Positions 1 through 9,739 of a stretch of 64,000 nucleotides of DNA are shown in pieces. Position 1 is the stretch's first letter, and the number at the start of each line of letters is the position of its first letter. A program made the position numbers and the translations under genes. The notes beneath the pieces were generated by a model. It was given only the letters and a program-made list of their open reading frames with translations, was not told the origin of the DNA and did no database searches. The DNA comes from a virus (Duplodnaviria > Caudoviricetes): positions 138,895 through 202,894 of the IMG/VR virus record IMGVR_UViG_3300046787_000508; one strand, written 5' to 3'.

Positions 1-302
1 TCAGTCTTCTTTGCTGTTTGTAGTTTTTTTGAAATCCAAGCTGCGGTTACGGTTGATACCCCCGCCTGTCTATATTTTCTTGTAATGTTCTCATTATACT
101 TCTCATAATCCTGAATCAATTGTTCTTGGTCAGGGAAAAGTTTTAATGGTACATATTTTTTTTGAGTATTATCGTAAGTTGTGAGGTATGTTCTTAAGGC
201 ATACGGTGCGTCTTTTATAATTCTTGCATATTCATGTAGTTGTTCTAATCTACTCATACTAATAAATATAAAAACTAAAGGTCTCTATTCGAGACCTTCA
301 TT

Positions 303-1595
303 TTATTTTGGTAAACTAATTCCCATCTGTGATAGGAAATCAGTTAAGTCATCGTCTTTATGTTCTTCCATAAATTCATCCATTAGTCGTTTGAATTCTG
401 AATCGGAAGTTGTAACGGTTTCATTATCTACCTTTCTGGTTAAATCGTAATAGATTGCACCTATTAATGTTTTACCCATATCGGTACCACCCATGATTTC
501 TTTAAATAATAATAAGAATTCTTTAACAGGTAGATTTACAATGTTTACATAAATGTAATATTGTATTTTTTTCTTTTCTTCGTCAGTAACAATTGCGTCA
601 GGATACAAATTGGTTAATCTTTTCCAAATTGCTCTACCTAATCTAATGTCCCATATTTCGTGTTGAACTTGGTCTTCTAAATCTTTAGCTTTCTCATAAT
701 TCTCAGGATTTTCAGGTTTTCTTTCTTTACCTAAAAATTCCATAACACCTTTAATTGCTTCATGAATTAAAAATGGAAAAATCATTGCCTCGGCATGTAT
801 TGTTGGTGGATTTGTTGACGTATCAATTCTTGTTTTACCTGATGCCCCACCTTCACCACTACCAGCAGCTGATAACATTTCATTAGGGAACTGCCAATAA
901 CCTAACATCATTGTTGATACAAAAATAGCATACTTTTCAGTAATTCCTTGTACTCCCATGATGTTTTCCAATTCACCAACAACTTTCTCGAAAAGATATG
1001 AACCGTCAACAGCATGACCTTGTGTCATTGCATTTACAATTCTTCTCTTTGCTCTTTCAGGGTTCAATTCATTGACATCATCTGCCAATTCCTCTTCCTT
1101 CTGTTGTAATTGTTGTTTGGTTTGGGTGTTATTTAATTTTATAGATTGTTTAACTAATTTAAAGTCAAATTGAATTCTATTTTCAGGAATTTTAAAATAA
1201 TCTCTAATTAAAGTTTCACAAAGTTGTTCTAATTCAGATTCATGAGTTGTTTCGGCTCTCATTACCTCACCTAATATTCTTCCTGCTTGGTTTGATAATT
1301 GAGCATATTGACCATTAATACCTGTACCAATGTTACGAACACCCGTGTATTCAGCTAACTTATCTAACGCATGTTTATATTCTTCAGACGCCAATAACTC
1401 TTCGTAATTTTCGTGTTCTTCAGGTGCGTTTGGAAAATCAACTTTATCAAACGGGGTTTCTCTATTTGATAAATCAGATTGTACATCGGGACTTGGTCTA
1501 CTATCATCACTAAATGACATAGCCTCTTTTTGTTCTCCTTTTTGACCTAAAATTAGAGGTTTAACCTCCTTATTTGTTGATTTTTGTTTTGCCAT
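303..1595 (-). CDS. hypothetical protein (430 aa, helical)
   Basis: Long ORF, last of a tightly packed minus-strand operon; no family recognised. Confidence 0.8.
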   Translation of the reverse strand: MAKQKSTNKEVKPLILGQKGEQKEAMSFSDDSRPSPDVQSDLSNRETPFDKVDFPNAPEEHENYEELLASEEYKHALDKLAEYTGVRNIGTGINGQYAQLSNQAGRILGEVMRAETTHESELEQLCETLIRDYFKIPENRIQFDFKLVKQSIKLNNTQTKQQLQQKEEELADDVNELNPERAKRRIVNAMTQGHAVDGSYLFEKVVGELENIMGVQGITEKYAIFVSTMMLGYWQFPNEMLSAAGSGEGGASGKTRIDTSTNPPTIHAEAMIFPFLIHEAIKGVMEFLGKERKPENPENYEKAKDLEDQVQHEIWDIRLGRAIWKRLTNLYPDAIVTDEEKKKIQYYIYVNIVNLPVKEFLLLFKEIMGGTDMGKTLIGAIYYDLTRKVDNETVTTSDSEFKRLMDEFMEEHKDDDLTDFLSQMGISLPK

Positions 1596-2212
1596 TAGTT
1601 AAATGAATTGATAATTTCTTTAAATCTCATAAAGTCTGGTAATTCTGAATCTCCCTTTTCGAATTTAGGGTCAGGGTCAGGACCTTCGTTTGGATTGTCC
1701 CATGGGTCAATGAACGGGTCTTTATCCGGTGATATTGAAGGTTGTTTAATGTCCGGTTCAACGTCGATATCCGGTTCTGCAATTGCGGGTCCTTGTTCGT
1801 TTAATTTTGTGTTAATCATTTCCATAATTTCATTTTTTGATGTAAAACTATGAAAATTTTCGTTAGCTAACAACTTTACCCACTCATTTATTTCTTTTTT
1901 TTCTTTATTGACTACTTTTTTGTCCTTTTTTAGAAGTTTGAAATCCTCGGCATCAATCTCTCCATTGTGGTTTTTATCTAACTTATCTTGGTCACCTTTT
2001 AATTCACCCTCATAAGTCTCAATGGTTTTTAAACTTTTTTTCGCAGCTTCAATATCGGCAGCGTAAGTCGGACTTTTTTTAGAGACCATAACTGTTTCTT
2101 CAGAAAGTATTCTCTCTGATAACATGTTTAATTGTTTGTCTGACATATTAACTAATGTACTTTCCGAAAATCCTTCGTTCATTAGTTTTTGTACTATTTC
2201 ATTTCTTTTCAT
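1595..2212 (-). CDS. hypothetical protein with EF-hand-like Ca-binding loop and Pro/Asp-rich tail
   Basis: DKLDKNHNGEIDAEDF resembles an EF-hand loop; start/stop overlap with neighbour. Confidence 0.7.
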   Translation of the reverse strand: MKRNEIVQKLMNEGFSESTLVNMSDKQLNMLSERILSEETVMVSKKSPTYAADIEAAKKSLKTIETYEGELKGDQDKLDKNHNGEIDAEDFKLLKKDKKVVNKEKKEINEWVKLLANENFHSFTSKNEIMEMINTKLNEQGPAIAEPDIDVEPDIKQPSISPDKDPFIDPWDNPNEGPDPDPKFEKGDSELPDFMRFKEIINSFN

Positions 2213-2217
2213 GGAAA

Positions 2218-2610
2218 CTATTCTTTAATTTCTTCGTTTATTAATTCCAACCCTTTTATTCTCAATTTCTCGACAACAGTATCAAATTCTTCACCAAAGT
2301 GAAAAGAAACCCTAATAGGTCTCTCCTCAGCGTCTCTGTCAAATTCTTCCCAACCTAATGCAACAATTCCATCAACAGCATCAATCATTCCATGATAATC
2401 AGAGTTTTGTACGAGTTCAAGTTCTAAATCGGAATTTTTTAATAAACCAACTAAATCTATCGACTCAATCTGAGGTGGAACTGCTCTACCTGATGATGGA
2501 ATTATAAACCATTCGTCTTCTAATACCTCAATGTCTGTTCCGAAAATGAATTCGTATTGTCTTTGACCTTTATAGTCTCTACCAAGTTCATTGATGTATA
2601 TTAAAAACAT
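2218..2610 (-). CDS. hypothetical protein (130 aa)
   Basis: ORF in operon; ends in TAG 5 nt before next start. Confidence 0.75.
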   Translation of the reverse strand: MFLIYINELGRDYKGQRQYEFIFGTDIEVLEDEWFIIPSSGRAVPPQIESIDLVGLLKNSDLELELVQNSDYHGMIDAVDGIVALGWEEFDRDAEERPIRVSFHFGEEFDTVVEKLRIKGLELINEEIKE

Positions 2611-2611
2611 A

Positions 2612-3700
2612 TTATTTTATATATTTCCCTAACGCTTCTTTAACACTTTGGTTAATAACATCAGTTAATTCGTTAATGTCTAACTCTTTGATGTCATGTT
2701 GTTCAGGTTGACCCTCAGAATCACCAATTGGGTCTTCTTCGTTAATATCAAAAGTAAAATCAAAATCTCCGAAACCTTCTTCATCATCATGTGAGTTTTC
2801 ACTATTTCTGAAGTATTCGTCTTCTTCACCACCCGGAGCTAATTCCATACCGAAATCATCATCTTCGTCAATTTCATCAAATGGGGTATTGATTAAAGCT
2901 TCTAAAGCGTCCATTGACATGTCGTTTTCTTCACCTAAATCAGTGTCTTCCCCTTCAGGTGCAACTTCTTCACCACCCATTTCAGGTTCTTCTCCTTCGT
3001 ACTCATCTTCGTCTTCAAATTGAGTAAGAATTTCTTCTTTATCAATTGAATCCAATTTGTCTAAATTCAAAGCTGAAACCACAGAATTGATAACATACTT
3101 AATGTCGTCACTTTCCATATCTTCCTGAGCTCCTCTTAATTTCTGACCTAACTTACCTGTTAGTTTTTGAATTAATTTAATTGGGTCATTATCTTCAGAA
3201 TCATCTTGTGTTGGTTCTTCTTCAGGACCATCAATTGGTTCTTCTGCCGGTAAATCTTCTAAGCCTGCATCTGACATCGGTGCGTCATCCTCTGCAGGTG
3301 GTAATGCCGGCGGCATATCCGCAGGAGGTGCAATTGGAGCTTCAGTCGCTGGTTTGTTTTGTTTTAAAACATATTTTGTAGCTTCCTGTAATTCTTCTTG
3401 ACCTTTTAAAAGTTCAAGTCTTTTCAGTGCTTCTGAATATGAAGAAAATCTGTTTTTATTTTTCATGAACATCCCACCAATGTAATCAAGGGAACTTTCG
3501 TTCAAACCTCTCTTCACATAGTAGCTGTCCTTTTCTTTTACAATTCCGTAAACACCACCAATAGTGGATTCTTTAATAATCTCAGCACGTGGATTAGTCG
3601 GAACGTTTTTATTTTCATTAAAGTACGTGAGTTCAAGGATTCTCTTTAATTTATCCTCGCCTTTTAATTTCTCACTACCGATTGGTTTTAAATCTCCCAT
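2612..3700 (-). CDS. highly acidic protein, possible scaffold/head-internal protein
   Basis: Long D/E/P-rich segments; TATTTATA on sense strand upstream (~3733-3740). Confidence 0.65.
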   Translation of the reverse strand: MGDLKPIGSEKLKGEDKLKRILELTYFNENKNVPTNPRAEIIKESTIGGVYGIVKEKDSYYVKRGLNESSLDYIGGMFMKNKNRFSSYSEALKRLELLKGQEELQEATKYVLKQNKPATEAPIAPPADMPPALPPAEDDAPMSDAGLEDLPAEEPIDGPEEEPTQDDSEDNDPIKLIQKLTGKLGQKLRGAQEDMESDDIKYVINSVVSALNLDKLDSIDKEEILTQFEDEDEYEGEEPEMGGEEVAPEGEDTDLGEENDMSMDALEALINTPFDEIDEDDDFGMELAPGGEEDEYFRNSENSHDDEEGFGDFDFTFDINEEDPIGDSEGQPEQHDIKELDINELTDVINQSVKEALGKYIK

Positions 3701-3769
3701 TTTTGCATTGTTAAATGAAGTTATTCTTATCCTATAAATACATTGATATAAGGAAAAAAATAACTGTAG

Positions 3770-4561
3770 TTATTGTGGTATAGACAATTTTTTATCTGTT
3801 ATATCCGTTTTTAGTGTTAATAGCTTATTAATGTATCCATTTCTTCTAAGTAATTTGAAGGTTAAATTCTCATATGAGTATTCTCCACCTCTCTCTAATC
3901 CACTTTGTCTGAAACGTTTTATCTTATTTTTTAAGGATTTTATCTGATTTATTACGTCAGACCCAGATTTGGACTTTTCAATTAATTTATCAATTAACCT
4001 CATATATTCCTCACCCTTCTCAATTATCTTAGAATCATCAATAAATTCTTTAGTTTTTTGAGGTTCAATTACCCACTTATCGTTTAGTACTGAATACACA
4101 CCTGAAGAGACGTGTTTTTCGTCAACGTCTTGAACATATAATTCAACTTCGTACCCTTTTATCTTAATATTGTGATTTTCGTTCCACACGTCTTTTTTTG
4201 CATCCAAAAATTCTTTTACTAAATCGTGATATGCAGTGTTATTGATTTTGGTACTTTTTCCGTTTTCATCCATGTCAACTAATATATGTAAATCAACATC
4301 TGAAAATTCTGACCAATTGTAATTTGATAATGAACCGGTTAATACAATATCGTGTATGAAAAAATCAACACCTAAGAAATCAATGAACGTATCTGAGATT
4401 TTTATTAATTTCTCCCTTACGTTACTATCCATTTTATACGTGTCTTTGATTTTTTTGAAGATATTAGAATCTAATTCATCTTTAGCCGAAAACGACTTTA
4501 TGATTTTATTATCTAACTCACTATCTTCAAATAGTTCATCAACTAAGGATTTACCAATCAT
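3770..4561 (-). CDS. Pol-beta-superfamily nucleotidyltransferase
   Basis: GS...SDVDLH motif (TGSLSNYNWSEFSDVDLH) plus third acidic residue in VELYVQD. Confidence 0.75.
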   Translation of the reverse strand: MIGKSLVDELFEDSELDNKIIKSFSAKDELDSNIFKKIKDTYKMDSNVREKLIKISDTFIDFLGVDFFIHDIVLTGSLSNYNWSEFSDVDLHILVDMDENGKSTKINNTAYHDLVKEFLDAKKDVWNENHNIKIKGYEVELYVQDVDEKHVSSGVYSVLNDKWVIEPQKTKEFIDDSKIIEKGEEYMRLIDKLIEKSKSGSDVINQIKSLKNKIKRFRQSGLERGGEYSYENLTFKLLRRNGYINKLLTLKTDITDKKLSIPQ

Positions 4562-4803
4562 TTAATTTTTTGAAATTTGTATTTTCCGTTTATATTACTA
4601 CTGAAGTACTTACCTTGAGATTCTGACATCCTAAATTTAGTGAATTCTGACCAAGGAAACTTGTAGTACTCATAAATACCTCCGTTATTGAAAGTAATCG
4701 TTAATGTCTCATCTGTAGTGTTATATTGTGCAGATTTTATGTTGGATGACTTTATGTCAACATTAATGATTGTCCCGTTAATTTGTTCCGATATAATTCC
4801 CAT
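4558..4803 (-). CDS. KTSC domain protein
   Basis: SSNIKSAQYN...LTITFNNGGIYEY...SESQGKYF pattern typical of KTSC. Confidence 0.85.
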   Translation of the reverse strand: MGIISEQINGTIINVDIKSSNIKSAQYNTTDETLTITFNNGGIYEYYKFPWSEFTKFRMSESQGKYFSSNINGKYKFQKIK

Positions 4804-4879
4804 ATTATTTTATTTATGTTATAATATAATACATTTTAAGATAAATATCAACGGATATTTTTTGACATTTTGTCATTTA

Positions 4880-4911
4880 TTTGTTTTTTATTAAAATTTG
4901 TTTTACATTTG
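4880..4911 (+). promoter_or_regulatory. Bacteroidetes-type housekeeping promoter
   Basis: TTTG at 4880-4883 and TACATTTG (TAnnTTTG) at 4904-4911 upstream of clpC. Confidence 0.6.
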
Positions 4912-4934
4912 TATCGAACTAAAAAACATATGAT

Positions 4935-6956
4935 ATGGCAGTAGATTTCTTTGAAGAAGGACCAAAACAAAATCAAAAGAGTAGAAGACCTGGTTCAACA
5001 ACACCTATTTTAGATAATTTTTCACGAGATTTAATAAAGTTAGCTGAAGAAGGTAAGATTGACCCGGTTGTGGGAAGAGATAAAGAAGTGAAACGTATTT
5101 CTCAAATCTTATCTCGAAAGAAAAAAAATAATGCGGTAATCGTTGGGGATGCGGGTGTTGGTAAATCGGCGTTAGTTGAGAAGTTAGCCATACAAATCCA
5201 TAAAGGTAATTGTCCAAACAATCTATTAGATAAACGTTTAGTATCGTTGGACCTTACATCATTAGTTGCAGGAACAAAATACCGAGGACAGTTCGAAGAA
5301 CGTATTAAAGCAATTTTAAACGAATTACAAGAGAATCCAAATGTAATTGTTTTTATCGATGAATTACATACCATGGTTGGTGCAGGTAATGCGAGTGGTG
5401 CAATGGATGCCGCTAATATACTAAAACCCGCATTAGCACGTGGTGAAATGCAATGTATCGGTGCAACCACTTTCGATGAGTATAAAAAACATATTGAGAA
5501 GGATAGCGCGCTTGTACGAAGATTTCAAAAGGTTACCTTAAAAGAACCGACATATAGTGAGACAACAGAAATTTTAAATAACTTATCCCCATCATATGAA
5601 GATTACCACAAAGTATCTTACGGTGAGGATGTTATTGACACTATCGTATTATTGTCAGATAGATACATCACAGATAGACAATTTCCAGACAAAGCCATTG
5701 ACATCCTTGATGAATTAGGTTCAGAGAAAAGAGTTTCAACTAAAGTCCCTGAAATAATTGAAGAATTGAAAAAGGAAGTTGAAGTTATTAGAGAAAAGAA
5801 ACTTCAAGTTGTTAAGAGTCAAAATTACGAATTGGCGGCCAAGTTACGTGACGACGAAAAGAAAGTTCAGAAGAAATTAGAAGAAGAAAAAGAAAATTGG
5901 GTTATCTCACAAAGAGATAATAAAACTCCCGTAATTGTTGAGGATGTATACAAAATTGTATCGGAGATGACAGGTGTCCCAATCACTAAATTAGACGTTA
6001 ATGAAACTGAAAAATTACTTGATTTAGAAAATATACTTGGTGAAAGAGTAATCGGTCAAGATGAAGCAGTTTCTATCATCTCAAAATCAATTAGAAGAAG
6101 TCGTGTTGGGATAAAAGATACAAATAGACCAATCGGTTCATTTATATTTTTGGGTTCAACAGGTGTGGGTAAAACTCACTTGGCAAAATCAATTGCGAGT
6201 ACATTGTTTGGTTCTGAGGATAATGTTATACGTGTTGACATGAGTGAATTCATGGAAAAACACAGTGTTTCTCGTTTGATTGGTTCTCCTCCGGGATACG
6301 TTGGTTACGATGAAGGTGGTCAATTAACAGAGAAAGTGAAAAACAATCCATTCTCAGTTATTTTATTTGATGAAATAGAGAAAGCACATAAGGATGTCTT
6401 TAACTTATTATTACAAATCTTAGACGAAGGACATTTAACGGATTCATTCGGTAGAAAAGTAAATTTTACCAACACTTTGATTATTTTAACATCTAACATA
6501 GGTGCCAAGAAAGTAGTTGAATTTGGTGGTGGTGTTGGATTCAACACATTATCTAAGGAGAGTCAGTCTGAACAAGTTAAAAAGACTATTATAGATAAGT
6601 CATTAAAACAACAATTTAGTCCCGAATTTTTAAATCGTATAGACGATATCATCATCTTCAACCCATTGACCGATGATGTTTTAAATAAGATTATCACTAT
6701 CGAACTTAATAAATTAGTTAAACGACTTGCAGAGAAAAAGTACGATATTGTTTTTGATAAAAGTGTGAACGATAAAATCCTTTCAATGAACAAAAATGAA
6801 GGATACGGTGCACGACCTATTAAACGAATCATTCAAAATTTATGTGAAGATTTCTTGAGTGATGAGATTTTAAGAGGTAAAATAAAAGAAGGTAAATTAA
6901 CAAATATTAAGTGTAATAACGATGGTGTATTGTTAATTGGAAAAAAATTATTGTAA
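4935..6956 (+). CDS. clpC: ClpC-type Hsp100 AAA+ ATPase lacking the N-terminal repeat domain
   Basis: Two Walker A motifs (GDAGVGKS, GSTGVGKT), FIDELH, UVR middle domain (QNYELAAKLRD), RIDMSE-like RVDMSE, GARP. Confidence 0.92.
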   Translation: MAVDFFEEGPKQNQKSRRPGSTTPILDNFSRDLIKLAEEGKIDPVVGRDKEVKRISQILSRKKKNNAVIVGDAGVGKSALVEKLAIQIHKGNCPNNLLDKRLVSLDLTSLVAGTKYRGQFEERIKAILNELQENPNVIVFIDELHTMVGAGNASGAMDAANILKPALARGEMQCIGATTFDEYKKHIEKDSALVRRFQKVTLKEPTYSETTEILNNLSPSYEDYHKVSYGEDVIDTIVLLSDRYITDRQFPDKAIDILDELGSEKRVSTKVPEIIEELKKEVEVIREKKLQVVKSQNYELAAKLRDDEKKVQKKLEEEKENWVISQRDNKTPVIVEDVYKIVSEMTGVPITKLDVNETEKLLDLENILGERVIGQDEAVSIISKSIRRSRVGIKDTNRPIGSFIFLGSTGVGKTHLAKSIASTLFGSEDNVIRVDMSEFMEKHSVSRLIGSPPGYVGYDEGGQLTEKVKNNPFSVILFDEIEKAHKDVFNLLLQILDEGHLTDSFGRKVNFTNTLIILTSNIGAKKVVEFGGGVGFNTLSKESQSEQVKKTIIDKSLKQQFSPEFLNRIDDIIIFNPLTDDVLNKIITIELNKLVKRLAEKKYDIVFDKSVNDKILSMNKNEGYGARPIKRIIQNLCEDFLSDEILRGKIKEGKLTNIKCNNDGVLLIGKKLL

Positions 6957-7070
6957 ATATTTGACTTTTTAATAAAGTTATATATATTTATATCTCGGAG
7001 GTTCTCTTTGTCGATTACCTTTTCGTTTTTTTTTCATAAGTAAATGGGGTTGAACCCATTGAAAGACCTT

Positions 7071-7099
7071 AAACCCCGACAACCTGTTGGGGTTTTTTT
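7071..7099 (+). terminator. intrinsic terminator
   Basis: AAACCCCGACA-ACC-TGTTGGGGTTT followed by T run. Confidence 0.75.
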
Positions 7100-7143
7100 A
7101 TTTAAATTTGGTATTGTCAGAAATAAAGTGTATATTTACTATA

Positions 7144-7320
7144 ATGAAAAAATATATTTTAGTATTCGCGGTTATTGTATCGATTACAATGGCGGCATGT
7201 GGTTCTAAGTCTACCACAAACGAAGCAACAGACTCAACAGCTACTCAAGTTGATAGTACTGCAGTATCTGCGGACTCAACAACGGCTCAAATCCCTGCAG
7301 ATTCAGCTGCAACAAAATAA
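7144..7320 (+). CDS. small lipoprotein
   Basis: MKKYILVFAVIVSITMAAC lipobox followed by DST/DSA-rich tail typical of Bacteroidetes small lipoproteins. Confidence 0.75.
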   Translation: MKKYILVFAVIVSITMAACGSKSTTNEATDSTATQVDSTAVSADSTTAQIPADSAATK

Positions 7321-7322
7321 AA

Positions 7323-7532
7323 ATGGGGCTTCGGCCCTATTTTTCAATTTTTAACATTATGAGAGAAAATTCAAAAGAAAAGGTGCTATTTGTATTAAAC
7401 ATGGCATTACTTGTTTTATTGTGGTTCACAATAAATGTTTATCGGACTAAATTATCTGTTATAGAAAAAAGAGTAACGGTTTTAGAACAAAAAATGAATT
7501 CACAAGAAACAAAGGTGGTAAACGAAAAATAA
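7323..7532 (+). CDS. small membrane protein
   Basis: One TM helix plus coiled coil; true start may be MRENSK. Confidence 0.5.
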   Translation: MGLRPYFSIFNIMRENSKEKVLFVLNMALLVLLWFTINVYRTKLSVIEKRVTVLEQKMNSQETKVVNEK

Positions 7533-7558
7533 CTACCCCTAATTTAATAAAACAATAC

Positions 7559-7879
7559 ATGGCAGCTAAAAAAGAACCATACATTCGATTGGAAATCAAT
7601 ACCAATCACCAAGATTTTACAGATTTCTACGACACCAATAAAGAAATAATTTATAAGTCAATCGTGGAAGTTTTCGAGGGTCTAAAGACATCCAGAAAGA
7701 AAACCTTAAAACTTTTAGTTGTTAGTCAAATAAGTGGATTGGAATGGGACACCGAATTTAACTTCTCCAAAACTGAAACAAAAATATTAGTAAGGGACGT
7801 TATTCCATATTTTGAACAAATTGAAGATTACGAAACTTGTTTAAAAATAAAAAATTTACATTACGAGTTGACAATGTAA
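7559..7879 (+). CDS. hypothetical protein with C-terminal UVR-like motif
   Basis: FEQIEDYETCLKIKNL resembles UVR helix. Confidence 0.65.
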   Translation: MAAKKEPYIRLEINTNHQDFTDFYDTNKEIIYKSIVEVFEGLKTSRKKTLKLLVVSQISGLEWDTEFNFSKTETKILVRDVIPYFEQIEDYETCLKIKNLHYELTM

Positions 7880-8072
7880 TTTTTATAGTTTATATTTTAA
7901 TAGTATCAATCGTAAGAGATACGTTTATTTATTTTTGTCATATCCCTCGTTGTTTCTACTTCGGGGGATTTTTTTTGTATTATATAAAGAACTTGTGGTT
8001 ATTATCCTATTTTTCTTGGTATTTTAACACTTTTGTTGTATTTTTCTAATAATTATATAAAAAAAATACAAT

Positions 8073-8210
8073 ATGTTAAACTTACTAATATCTCTACTAA
8101 TACTATGTTCCACGTTAGGTGCAACAATTTCTAAAATAACTACGGATTACGGTGTTAGAAAACAAAGACAACACACGAGACCGTTAAGATTAGATAAAGA
8201 TGTGTTATAG
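8073..8210 (+). CDS. possible small protein with hydrophobic N-terminus (45 aa)
   Basis: MLNLLISLLILCSTLGATISKITTDYGVRKQRQHTRPLRLDKDVL read by hand. Confidence 0.4.
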   Translation: MLNLLISLLILCSTLGATISKITTDYGVRKQRQHTRPLRLDKDVL

Positions 8211-9641
8211 CATCATTCTTGAACCAATTAAGAAATTGTTAGTCACAGTAGTTCCAGGTTGAGTATTAAGACTCATCTTGTAATTTAAACTTAGACCAAA
8301 CCTTCTCGATAATTTTAAATCAAAACTACTACCAATCAAAAAACCAAAATGTCTACCAACGGTTGTTCCTCCCGTTACTGTGTTATAGTTAATTGGTGAG
8401 TACGTCGTAAAAATTTGTGGAGATATGGTGACTTTCTTACTATATTGGAAAGGTTTTGTCCAAAATACTATTGTTGATGTTGTTAAATTCAAATCGTATT
8501 TATCTTCTTGATTTTTTAATAATAAATTAACCATACCGATGTTATAACCATAGGTACCGAATTTCGGGTGGGGTTTTATGTATGTATATCCGACTAAACC
8601 CATCCATGTACCATTTAGGTACGCAAACGTTGTTGAGTAACTGTGGATTGAATTTAACATTCCCTTATCATCCAATTTCATTTGAGTCATTCCCGTTGAG
8701 AATGCAAATTGATTTAATGTTGACCAAATCATTAAATTGACACTGTATGACTTATCACCCATTAAAGATGATTTAGATATACCTAACGATAACATTGCAC
8801 TATATTGACCATCAGGACTTTCGGTGGTTGCCAAATCTGATGCAACTAATGTTGGGTTTTGTGATTGTTGTTTTTTCTTTTCGTCTTTTTTCTTCTCTTC
8901 TTCTTTCTTTTTCTCCTCTTTAGATTCTTCTTTTTTCTCTTCTTTAGATTCTGATTTTGATTCCTCTTTCTTTTCCTCACTTTTAGTTTCCGATTTTGAT
9001 TCACTTTTAGTTTCAGAACTACTTTCTGATTTTGTTTCAGATGAACTTGAACCACTACTTTCCGAACTTGAACTACTAGATGATGAACTCGAACTACTAG
9101 ATGAGGATGTTGAACCTCCAGTGTTTGTTGAAGATGAACTACTTGTGGATGCCGAACTACTTGCTGCCGATGATGCTGAACCACTCGCGGCTGACGACGC
9201 CGAATTACTTGCTGCGGATGACGCAGAACTACTCGCAGCTGATGAGGCGGCACTACTCGCGGCAGATGATGCGGCACTACTTGCCGCTGCAGTTGCGGCC
9301 GATGTGGCGGCTGCAGTTGCGGCTTGAGTTACGGCTTGGGTTACCGTTTGTTGAACTGTCTGTTGAACTACGGTAGCCGCAGGGCATGGTAATGACGAAT
9401 ACGTGGCATATGTGGTTTGTAACCACACCTGTAATTGTCCTGATTGTACTTCTGACGGTGTAAATGTTCTTACATCACCATAAAAAGATACAACAGCATT
9501 ACCATTAACATATACGGTTTTTGCCGTTCTCACTTCCCCCGTACACTTATCAATGAAGGTTTGTGTAAATGTCTGTCCATTAACTTTTTGTGAAAGTAAT
9601 GAAAACAATAAAACTACGAATATAAAAAGATATCTTTTCAT
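8205..9641 (-). CDS. secreted protein with Ala/Ser- and Lys/Glu-rich linker and C-terminal beta-barrel-like domain
   Basis: Signal peptide; SSAAS repeats; alternating hydrophobic beta strands in the C-terminal half. Confidence 0.7.
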   Translation of the reverse strand: MKRYLFIFVVLLFSLLSQKVNGQTFTQTFIDKCTGEVRTAKTVYVNGNAVVSFYGDVRTFTPSEVQSGQLQVWLQTTYATYSSLPCPAATVVQQTVQQTVTQAVTQAATAAATSAATAAASSAASSAASSAASSAASSSASSAASNSASSAASGSASSAASSSASTSSSSSTNTGGSTSSSSSSSSSSSSSSSESSGSSSSETKSESSSETKSESKSETKSEEKKEESKSESKEEKKEESKEEKKKEEEKKKDEKKKQQSQNPTLVASDLATTESPDGQYSAMLSLGISKSSLMGDKSYSVNLMIWSTLNQFAFSTGMTQMKLDDKGMLNSIHSYSTTFAYLNGTWMGLVGYTYIKPHPKFGTYGYNIGMVNLLLKNQEDKYDLNLTTSTIVFWTKPFQYSKKVTISPQIFTTYSPINYNTVTGGTTVGRHFGFLIGSSFDLKLSRRFGLSLNYKMSLNTQPGTTVTNNFLIGSRMML

Positions 9642-9686
9642 ATGATTCTATTGTTGTTTATAATTTTTGTCATAACTATAAATACT

Positions 9687-9713
9687 AAAAAAGGAGGTTA
9701 ATAAACCTCCTTT
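9687..9713 (-). terminator. intrinsic terminator
   Basis: AAAGGAGGTT/AACCTCCTTT hairpin with A run on + strand. Confidence 0.65.
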
Positions 9714-9739
9714 ATATAAATCAAATTGTAAATTACGTA

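Noticed and set aside
5005-6832. Antisense ORFs within clpC and similar short opposite-strand ORFs across the window
   Set aside because: Fully overlap well-supported genes and have no recognisable motifs
9120-9330. DNA tandem repeat or VNTR in the Ser/Ala linker
   Set aside because: Synonymous positions vary; repetition is at the protein level
8824-9376. ORFs 8824..9327, 8846..9277 and 9101..9376
   Set aside because: Shadow frames of the low-complexity linker of the 478-aa gene
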